Origin: Opitutia bacterium
Lineage (GTDB): Bacteria > Verrucomicrobiota > Verrucomicrobiia > Opitutales > T3Sed10-336
Assembly: GCA_050506795.1 (NCBI GenBank)
Contig: JBJHCF010000009.1
Span: 1-64,000, forward strand
Length of the DNA: 64,000 bases
Direction of reading: 5' to 3'
Of this stretch, positions 22,702 to 30,409 are shown piece after piece (position 1 is the stretch's first letter; the number at the start of each line of letters is the position of its first letter). Made by a program: the position numbers and the translations under genes. The notes below the pieces were generated by a model. The model was not told the DNA's origin and made no database searches. It saw only the letters and a program-made list of their open reading frames with translations.

Positions 22702-23433
22702 TCACGGATTGGGTATGATCTTCCGTAGAAAGTGCGAACGATGGATCGGGGACGGGCCGTTTTGGAGGATGGCCTTGCGGTGGGTTATGGTGCCGTAACC
22801 TTTATGGCAGGCAAACCGGTACTGCGGATATCGGTCGTCGAGACGGGTCATGATCCGATCCCGGGTGACCTTCGCCAGGATGGAAGCGGCGGCGATGACC
22901 AGGGATTTGCCGTCGCCCTTCACCACACCACTGTGCAGGAAAGGAAAGGGTTTCAGCGGCAGGCCGTCCACCAGGAGCCGAACACGCGATCCGTTTCCGG
23001 GAATCGGATCGAACAGCTCCAGACCGTCTCCGCAAAATTCGAATCCCCCGGAAACACCGTCCGCAGACAGCACCGCTTCAATGGCGCGACGCATGGCCAG
23101 CCGGGTCGCGCCCAGGATATTCAGTCCGGCGATTTCGTTCACCGACCCTTCTCCCAGACCGGCCAACAGGACTCCTTCGGCCACCAATTCCTGGATTCGC
23201 GCAAAAGCCGCTTCGCGTCCTTCCGCCGAAAGCCGCTTGGAGTCATCGACCACCTCCGCCAGAGCCGCACAAACCCCGCTGTTATAGAACTCCCGGCGGA
23301 TAAAAACCGTTCCCGCGACCACCGGTCCGGCCAAAGCTCCCCGACCGGCTTCGTCAACGCCCGCCAGGAATTCCCAATCTCCGGCGCACGCCAGATCGAA
23401 CCGATGTAAACTGTTGGAAACGGATTGCTTCAT
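22702..23433 (-). CDS. rnhB: Ribonuclease HII
   Basis: GVDEAGRGALAGPV, DDSK, KGDGKS, HKGYGT. Confidence 0.93.
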   Translation of the reverse strand: MKQSVSNSLHRFDLACAGDWEFLAGVDEAGRGALAGPVVAGTVFIRREFYNSGVCAALAEVVDDSKRLSAEGREAAFARIQELVAEGVLLAGLGEGSVNEIAGLNILGATRLAMRRAIEAVLSADGVSGGFEFCGDGLELFDPIPGNGSRVRLLVDGLPLKPFPFLHSGVVKGDGKSLVIAAASILAKVTRDRIMTRLDDRYPQYRFACHKGYGTITHRKAILQNGPSPIHRSHFLRKIIPNP

Positions 23434-23479
23434 TCTAAATCCCGCAACTGGATCAACCGATCCCCCGGACCATGGCGAA

Positions 23480-24475
23480 TTACGATCGCTCGAAAATCGG
23501 TTTCAGCGGCGGCAACTCGATCTGGCCTCGCACCCCCTCGGCATCCACCACTTCGTGGGCGGTACGAAAATGCAACTTGGCGAAGTCGGCCAGCGCCTCC
23601 GCGCCGAGCTTCCGAATGATCTCACCGGCCTGCTCCTTGACCCTGGCGCTCGCCCCCTTCTGCAGCTTCTGGCCAAAGCGGTCCGACAGCTTTCCCATCT
23701 GCCGCACGTATTCGGCGCGAGCCACCACCGATGCCGCCGCCACCACCGGATCGGATTCGGCCCGGGTGCGCATTTGCAGGTCGAAATCCGTGTCTTTGAA
23801 ATACCGCTGCACCAGCGGTTGTTTGCTGAACTGGTCCAACAAACCCCAGGGAACCGGTTTTTTCTTGAGAGCGACCTCCAACGCCTTGGCGTGCTGCCAG
23901 GCCATGAGCCGATTCACGTTGGCTCCCGGTTTGGCCATCAGCTCGTTGTACTTGCGCATGCCGCAAAACACCACTTCCACCACAACCCCGGGAGTGGTCC
24001 GGATCATTTTGTCCAGCTTGACGATGGGGCCGTCCGAGATCTTCTTGCTGTCTCGAATCCCCGCCTTCAGCCAGGCTTCCACCGCAGCCCGATCGGCAAT
24101 GACCGTGGCACAGACAATCGGGCCGAAAAAATCGCCTTTGCCGCTTTCATCGAGACCGGCATGAGACTCGAACCATTCCGGATGGTGGACCTCGTCATAA
24201 CCGAAGCGAGCCTCCCCGGTCACCTGCGGTTCCAGGACATCAACGATGAACTCCTCGGTGCCCTTTCCCTGGATCACCACCTTGCCGCTGGTGTACCCGA
24301 CCACATTGACCTTGGGTCCCTTAAAAGCAAAACGCGCATAAGCCACCTCGTAGGGGTCCCACATTTTCTCCTGGCAAACCCCCTGCAAGAGCGCCATGCG
24401 ATCATCGTCCAACTTGATCGTATACAGGGTCTTCCGGGAGGCCTCTTCCGGGTTTTCCGATTTCTTCTTTTTCAT
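23480..24475 (-). CDS. rnhC: Ribonuclease HIII
   Basis: N-terminal TBP-like YTSGKVVIQG; GLDESGKGDFFGP, DSK, DQF, KLHF. Confidence 0.92.
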   Translation of the reverse strand: MKKKKSENPEEASRKTLYTIKLDDDRMALLQGVCQEKMWDPYEVAYARFAFKGPKVNVVGYTSGKVVIQGKGTEEFIVDVLEPQVTGEARFGYDEVHHPEWFESHAGLDESGKGDFFGPIVCATVIADRAAVEAWLKAGIRDSKKISDGPIVKLDKMIRTTPGVVVEVVFCGMRKYNELMAKPGANVNRLMAWQHAKALEVALKKKPVPWGLLDQFSKQPLVQRYFKDTDFDLQMRTRAESDPVVAAASVVARAEYVRQMGKLSDRFGQKLQKGASARVKEQAGEIIRKLGAEALADFAKLHFRTAHEVVDAEGVRGQIELPPLKPIFERS

Positions 24476-24529
24476 GCCCGACGGTTATAGTCACGCCCGG
24501 GATAAAATGACGACTCCTTTTCGCCCGGT

Positions 24530-24937
24530 TCAGCGCTCTCCCAGTCCCCGCAGCGCGTCGAGGATACGCCTCTCCCGCTTGGTCGGCCGGCCCATCCCTT
24601 TGCTGCGCATAAACGGATCGCGCATGGCGCCCTGTTCCCGCTGCCGTTCGTATTCGGACGCGGGGGTCAAGTCCTCCATGAACTCCGGAACCCGCGCCGC
24701 TCCGACCCGTTTTTCCACCACATCGAGCACGCGCAAGGTCCGGGTCAATCCGGGTTGCCGCACCGAAATCACCTCTCCGGGTCCGACCGTACGGGACGGT
24801 TTCAAAGCCCGCCCGTCGATTTTCACCGTTCCCGCATTACATGCCTGGACGGCCACGGAACGCGTTTTAAAAATGCGCACTGCCCAGAGCCATTTATCGA
24901 TCCGCACTTTACCGTCTTTCCGGTCGTTAGCGCTCAT
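24530..24937 (-). CDS. hslR: Ribosome-associated heat shock protein Hsp15
   Basis: RIDKWLWAVRIFKTRS S4 domain; GRPTKRERR. Confidence 0.92.
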   Translation of the reverse strand: MSANDRKDGKVRIDKWLWAVRIFKTRSVAVQACNAGTVKIDGRALKPSRTVGPGEVISVRQPGLTRTLRVLDVVEKRVGAARVPEFMEDLTPASEYERQREQGAMRDPFMRSKGMGRPTKRERRILDALRGLGER

Positions 24938-25048
24938 AGAAGATCCACTCGCGGGTCCTTTTGACAACACTGCTGCACAGTGCCAAGGTAGCCAATTTCC
25001 AAACCAAGTTAAAGCGAAACCGCCAATTCGAACCCACCCGCATGCCGC

Positions 25049-25942
25049 ATGTTGTCACCGCCCACAACAACTCACGAAATCCTGCCACCAGGCCAATGGC
25101 AGGCCCGCGTCACCGCGCATGAGGCCCGGTTATCCCCGTGGGTGGAAGCACACCGCCGCCGCACCTCCCGCGGAGAGCGCCACCCGGTCTACGATTTTCT
25201 GTTCGAATACTACTCGTACCGGCCGGGACTCCTCCTGCGCTGGGTACCGGGGCTCGGAGTCACCCTGGATGGAGAGGAGGCCGACGCTTTCCTGCGATGG
25301 CGGGATTTTGCCCGTACGGAGGCCGGAGTCGCGCTGGATTCCCTGCGTCTGACCGAACGAATCCGGCAAACCGCCGCCTGGATAGGAGAACTCCTGCGCC
25401 GCTGCCGTGAGCGCGACGGGCATTTCGGCTGCCACGGCCTCCACGAATGGGCCATGGTGTACGAAACCCCGGAAGTTCGTCACGACTCCCAACCCCTGCG
25501 TTTCTCCCCCGACGAAATCCGGGAAATCGTCCACGCACAGACCATCCGCTGTTCCCATTACGACGCGTTCCGCTTTTTCACTTCCGCGGCCAAACCCCTG
25601 AACCGCTTGCAGCCGTGCAAGGAAACCCGTTTGGACCTGGAGCAGCCCGGGTGCCTCCACACCAACATGGACCTGTACAAATGGGCCTACAAATTGGCGC
25701 CCTGGACCCCCTCCGAACTGGTGGCCGAAACCTTCGAGTTGGCCCGCGACATCCGCAAAGTCGACATGCGCGCCAGCCCCTACGATCTCCGGCATCTCGG
25801 ATTCGAACCCGTTAAGATCGAGACCCCGGACGGCCGCCGGCAATACCAGGACCTGCAACGCGCCTTCGCCCGCCGGGCCGGACCGCTCCGCGACCGCCTG
25901 ATCGCGGTCTGCGATCGGATCACGGCATTCCCCTTGCCTTAA
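25049..25942 (+). CDS. Conserved protein (family often labelled '3-methyladenine DNA glycosylase'; function unverified)
   Basis: HPVYDFLFEYY, GCHGLHEWAMVY, CSHYDAFRFF, EQPGCLH, DMRASPYDL. Confidence 0.7.
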   Translation: MLSPPTTTHEILPPGQWQARVTAHEARLSPWVEAHRRRTSRGERHPVYDFLFEYYSYRPGLLLRWVPGLGVTLDGEEADAFLRWRDFARTEAGVALDSLRLTERIRQTAAWIGELLRRCRERDGHFGCHGLHEWAMVYETPEVRHDSQPLRFSPDEIREIVHAQTIRCSHYDAFRFFTSAAKPLNRLQPCKETRLDLEQPGCLHTNMDLYKWAYKLAPWTPSELVAETFELARDIRKVDMRASPYDLRHLGFEPVKIETPDGRRQYQDLQRAFARRAGPLRDRLIAVCDRITAFPLP

Positions 25943-25995
25943 ACCGCCGGTTCGCGCTAATTCAGAATAACCGGTCTCCATTCAATTCTTCCGCC

Positions 25996-27567
25996 ATGGC
26001 CGAACTCGACATCGACTCCGTACAGAAGCAAATCAAAGTTCGTCCGATCACCCTGGAGGACTTTCCCGAACTCGTCCGGCTGCAGAAACGGTGTTTCTCC
26101 GGTATGACCCCGTGGAAACCGGAACAAATTGAAAGCCAGTTGAATCGCTTCCCCGAAGGCCAGATCTGTATCGAGTTCGACGGACGACTGGTCGCGTCCT
26201 CTTCCAGTTTGATCATCGACTTCGACCCCTCGACCGAACGTTTGAGCTGGGACCAGATTTGCGACTTCGGCTATATCGGCAACCACAACCCGGAAGGCGA
26301 CACGCTGTACGGCATCGAGATCATGGTGGACCCCGACTTCCGCGGCATGAAACTCGCCCGACGGCTCTACGACAAGCGAAAGGAACTGGTAATCGAAAAG
26401 AACCTGATGCGCATTGTCATCGGCGGCCGGATTCCGGGTTACAAAAAACACTCCCGGGAGATTTCGGTGCACGAATACGTGCAAAAGGTCACCAACAAGT
26501 CGCTCTACGATCCGGTACTCACCACCCAACTGGCCAACGGTTTCGTCCTTAAGCGCATCATTCGCGACTACATCGACGAGGACAAGGATTCTTCCGGTTA
26601 CGCTGTTTTCCTCGAATGGTCGAACGTCGACTACGCCCCTGATGTCTCCAAGCGGTACCTCCCCACCAAACCCCTTCGGATCTGTTGCGTGCAATACCAG
26701 ATGCGGCCGATTCGATCCTTCTCCGACTTCGCGCAACAGTGCGAGTACTTCGTCGACGTCGCCTCGGACCGCAAGAGCGACTTCGCCCTGTTCCCCGAGT
26801 TGATCACTTCACAATTACTCTCCTTTATCGAAGCCAAGCGCCCGGAAGTCGCGGCCCGCAAGTTGGCCAAATTCGCCCCCCAGTACCTCGAGCTCTTTTC
26901 CGACCTGGCGATCCGTTACGACGTCAACATTATCGCCGGCTCCACCTTCGTCCAGGAAGAGGACTACCTTTACAACGTGGCCTTCCTTTTCAGGCGCAAC
27001 GGGGAAATCGAAAAACAATACAAGATCCACATCACCCCCAACGAACGCGAATGGTGGGGCGTCACCGCCGGGAAAGATATCCAGGTTTTCGATACGGACC
27101 GGGGCAAGATTTCCATTCAACCCGGCTACGACGTCGAGTTTCCCGAAGTGAGCCGGATCGCCACGGAGAAAGGCGCGCGCCTGATCTTTGTGCCGTTCTG
27201 CACCGACGAACGCCACGACTACCTCCGCGTGCGCTACTGCGCCCAGGCGCGTTGCATCGAAAACCAGGTCTACGTCGCCACGGCGGGCACCGTGGGCAAC
27301 CTGCCGCATGTGAAAAACATGGATGTTCAATACGCGCAGTCGGCCATCCTCACGCCCACCGACTACGTCTTCGCCCGCGACGGCATTGCCGGCGAGTGTA
27401 CGCCGGACGCGGAAACGGTTCTAATCCATGACCTCGATCTGGAGATCCTCAACCGCCACCGCCTCAGCGGCACCACGCGCAACTGGAACGACCGGCGGAC
27501 CGACCTTTACCGGGTCGTCGACGCGACGAACCCGAACCGGTTTTCCTGGGAGCCGCCGAAAACGTGA
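25996..27567 (+). CDS. GNAT acetyltransferase / carbon-nitrogen hydrolase fusion
   Basis: N-terminal GNAT (VDPDFRGMKLARRLYD, GGRIPGY); C-terminal FPE, QYKIHITP, YDVEFPE, ARCIENQ. Confidence 0.9.
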   Translation: MAELDIDSVQKQIKVRPITLEDFPELVRLQKRCFSGMTPWKPEQIESQLNRFPEGQICIEFDGRLVASSSSLIIDFDPSTERLSWDQICDFGYIGNHNPEGDTLYGIEIMVDPDFRGMKLARRLYDKRKELVIEKNLMRIVIGGRIPGYKKHSREISVHEYVQKVTNKSLYDPVLTTQLANGFVLKRIIRDYIDEDKDSSGYAVFLEWSNVDYAPDVSKRYLPTKPLRICCVQYQMRPIRSFSDFAQQCEYFVDVASDRKSDFALFPELITSQLLSFIEAKRPEVAARKLAKFAPQYLELFSDLAIRYDVNIIAGSTFVQEEDYLYNVAFLFRRNGEIEKQYKIHITPNEREWWGVTAGKDIQVFDTDRGKISIQPGYDVEFPEVSRIATEKGARLIFVPFCTDERHDYLRVRYCAQARCIENQVYVATAGTVGNLPHVKNMDVQYAQSAILTPTDYVFARDGIAGECTPDAETVLIHDLDLEILNRHRLSGTTRNWNDRRTDLYRVVDATNPNRFSWEPPKT

Positions 27568-27636
27568 ACGCGGTCATCGGCGGAAGCGCCGACACTACGA
27601 TCAAGCGCCTTAACCGCGTGGCATTCGGACTAGGCC

Positions 27637-27870
27637 GAATGGCAAGGATAGGCCATTGATCGAAGCAGCGTGGTTCTACTTTGGCAAGATTACCAAAACC
27701 ACGCCCGGTTTAAAACATTGCTTAACGGTGAAGGTTCTCACACGGAGCCACGGATCTCACGGAGGCGGGTCCTGTAAAAATCTCCGTGACTTTGTGCCTC
27801 CGTGTGAGCCCAATTTCCGCTGTATTTTTTGCTTCATCGAACGATACACCGCCTTAACCGAGTACCATTC
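27637..27870. mobile_element. MITE-like element with IS4-like ends
   Basis: Starts GAATGGC, ends CTTAACCGAGTACCATTC; flanked by GGACTAGGCC / GGACTAGGTC; internal palindrome shared with 28451-28611 and 54826-54932. Confidence 0.65.
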
Positions 27871-27873
27871 GGA

Positions 27874-28326
27874 CTAGGTCCGTTCGAAATTTCTGAGGAA
27901 TTCGTCCTTCCAACGGTAGCCCTCAAGAAGCGTCGGATCGTCGTCGCCCAGTATTCGGCGGGCGGCGTACAGGGCTTCCACCGAGGCCAGACCGGTTTCC
28001 GGATCCTGGAAGAGCTTGCTTTTGCGCGGGTAAGCCGTGACGAGGCCGGCGGGCAGGCTGCGGCGAACCGGTTCGCCGGTCAAACACCCTTCCAAATCGG
28101 CGGCGTAACGCCAGGTGCCGTCGAGCAGCAACAACGGCCGCTCGGCGTCGGCCGAAGTCAAAACCGGCGCGTCAGGAGTCAGCAGCGTGTAACCGCCGGC
28201 ATCAAACCGGAAAGCACCGGTCGCCTTGTAAAACGTGATATCCGGGCGCCCGTGCAAAGGCACCAGACTGCACTTGGACAGCCGTTCCTTTGGATGGCGG
28301 ATCACCACGGTTTTTATGGCGGACAT
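27874..28326 (-). CDS. DTW/Tsr3-like aminocarboxypropyltransferase-fold protein
   Basis: RHPKERLSKCSL, LLLLDGTW, RRSLP, GLASVEAL. Confidence 0.7.
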   Translation of the reverse strand: MSAIKTVVIRHPKERLSKCSLVPLHGRPDITFYKATGAFRFDAGGYTLLTPDAPVLTSADAERPLLLLDGTWRYAADLEGCLTGEPVRRSLPAGLVTAYPRKSKLFQDPETGLASVEALYAARRILGDDDPTLLEGYRWKDEFLRNFERT

Positions 28327-28408
28327 GTCTTCAGAAAATCGGCGTGCCGGGGTGATTGACAACTTGCAAATTCCCGGAAACCGCGTTCGCATTGCCGCCA
28401 CCGCTCAA

Positions 28409-28431
28409 CGCCGTCTAAAGAGCGGCGCTAC
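28409..28431 (-). repeat. Solo GTAG-family REP
   Basis: Reverse complement GTAGCGCCGCTCTTTAGACGGCG resembles the REP units at 50175-50497. Confidence 0.55.
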
Positions 28432-28450
28432 TTTCCACCAGCAATAACAA

Positions 28451-28611
28451 AGGTTCTCACACGGAGTCACCCCCCTCGACGAGCTCAGGCCGGTGAGAGC
28501 TCACGGAGCCGGGTCCGGCTGAACTCTCCGTGTCCGTGCCTCCGTGTGAGCCCAATTTCCGCTGTATTTTTTGCTTCATCAAACGATGAACCGCCCAACC
28601 GAGTGCCATTC
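28451..28611. repeat. Second, left-truncated copy of the MITE-like element
   Basis: AGGTTCTCACACGGAG...CCTCCGTGTGAGCCCAATTTCCGCTGTATTTTTTGCTTCATC...AACCGAGTGCCATTC matches 27732-27870. Confidence 0.75.
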
Positions 28612-28644
28612 ACTCTAACCTGCCTTATTCGCGAATAATCCAGG

Positions 28645-29265
28645 CTAAAATCGCTCCCCGTACCAGCGGGCGGCGCATTCGAGATCGCGATTCGTGAGGC
28701 CATGGTCGCCGGGAAAGCGTTTGTGGGTGACCGCGGCGCCGAACTTCTCCAACAGAGTTGCCAATTGCTCGCTGTTCTCCTTTGGAATCAGCGGATCATT
28801 CTCGCCGGAGACCATGAGAACGGGAGTGCCGCCCAGATCGATCGGAGTGTCGGGCTCGAACGGGGTCATGGCCCGGAACAGAATCGCGCCGCCCAAGAGG
28901 CCGGGGCGGGAGAGCAACAAACTGGCGGCGATATTGGCTCCGTTGGAGAACCCCAGCGCCACCACCGGCCGGTCGCGGAACCCGTACTCGATCCCAGCCG
29001 CCTCGACAAAGGCCGCCAACTCGGTCGTTCTCACCCGCAGGTCCTCCAGGTCGAATACGCCTTCTTCGATCCGCCGAAAGAACCTCGGCATGCCGCGCTC
29101 GAGCACTTTCCCCCGCGGACTGAGTACGCCGGCCCCGGGGGCGATGGCCTCCGCCAGAGGCAACAGATCGTTCTCGTTGCCGCCGGTGCCGTGAAGGAGC
29201 AGGAGCACAGGACGGGCAGGATCACCTGGCTCGTAAACATGGATGAAATCGAGGTCTTCGTTCAT
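28645..29265 (-). CDS. Alpha/beta hydrolase (phospholipase/carboxylesterase, MhqD-like)
   Basis: LLHGTGGNE, PRFFRR, GFSNGANIA, catalytic D and H. Confidence 0.88.
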   Translation of the reverse strand: MNEDLDFIHVYEPGDPARPVLLLLHGTGGNENDLLPLAEAIAPGAGVLSPRGKVLERGMPRFFRRIEEGVFDLEDLRVRTTELAAFVEAAGIEYGFRDRPVVALGFSNGANIAASLLLSRPGLLGGAILFRAMTPFEPDTPIDLGGTPVLMVSGENDPLIPKENSEQLATLLEKFGAAVTHKRFPGDHGLTNRDLECAARWYGERF

Positions 29266-29573
29266 AGGGCAAAGGTACACGATTGCGGAAACCAAGAAGA
29301 ACGAAAAAAGAGTCCCTCCAAAGCGGCAATCGACTCGGGAGGATCGTGTGCCGGGGTGTGTTCCAGGAAAACTCCTTCCGGCGGATTATGGAGACAGCCT
29401 GCCTTGATCTCAAGATGCCTTCGATCAATCGCTTGGGAACCCTCGAAGATCCCGCGGCCGAAACCGGGCGACCGAGTTCCAAGCATAAAGAATAACTTAT
29501 TTTAGAGTTGATTCTCCTGAAGAATTGCTTATGCTTGAAGTTTAGGCCCAAATGTTATCCAGAAAGGTTTTTT

Positions 29574-30350
29574 ATGAAAAAACACCTGTACCTTTCACTT
29601 ATCCCGGAGTCTTTGATCGCCTCGATGCTGCCTCCGGATGAATTCGGTGCTTATTATGCAACCGGAACGCATCGGCATTCGCGTGGCCGGGCGATTTTCT
29701 TCGAGGTTTCACGGGACTTTCGTTCGGACTATTTTCACTTGGATGAAATCGACAAGCGCTGTGTTCCGCATCCCGATGGACGACCCCGTAAGTCGACTTA
29801 TCTTGGCGTCTACCGGGTGCTGGAGCATGTTGGGCGCGAATTCCTGGGGAAGATCTATCTCGTCACCGCCGACGGCAGGGTCTTGGGCCTGGACCCGGCC
29901 GAAGAGGCTCCCGAGGACGGGAAGCTCGGACTTCACCTCTACCAGGAACTCTGTCCGTTGCGACCACGTGTGGCGAGCAACCTCGGTCCGCGGGCCTTTG
30001 GCGCCAAGCTCACTGATCGCAGCCAACCCGTATCCGTAAACCGCATCGTCTTTTGTGAGCTTCGGCTCGACGAGTTGGCGGAGAATCCGGAAAGGGGCAA
30101 GGCGGATGATCTGCCGTACGCGAGCATCGCCCATTTAAGGGATTGCTTGCTGTTGTTGCGCGATCGTCCGGAAAAGGAGGTCAAAGTTGTCGTGCGTACC
30201 ATGCCCGAGGATTTTCTCTATCGAACCATCCTGGGCGGTTTCTACGTGGCGGATGCGTCGGGTCTGACCTACTACCCCATGCCTGAGCTCGAGGTCCTGG
30301 AAAGGGATCATCACGAATGGGAACGTTCCGCGATGTCCAGCCTGCCCTGA
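29574..30350 (+). CDS. Conserved hypothetical protein
   Basis: 258-aa ORF with coding-like composition; CVPHPDG..KS.YL.VYRVLEH motif. Confidence 0.75.
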   Translation: MKKHLYLSLIPESLIASMLPPDEFGAYYATGTHRHSRGRAIFFEVSRDFRSDYFHLDEIDKRCVPHPDGRPRKSTYLGVYRVLEHVGREFLGKIYLVTADGRVLGLDPAEEAPEDGKLGLHLYQELCPLRPRVASNLGPRAFGAKLTDRSQPVSVNRIVFCELRLDELAENPERGKADDLPYASIAHLRDCLLLLRDRPEKEVKVVVRTMPEDFLYRTILGGFYVADASGLTYYPMPELEVLERDHHEWERSAMSSLP

Positions 30351-30409
30351 GATAACGCGAACCCATCCGCCCCTCACTTTGGCGTCCTGCACAGCGCCTG
30401 GGCTGTGCT

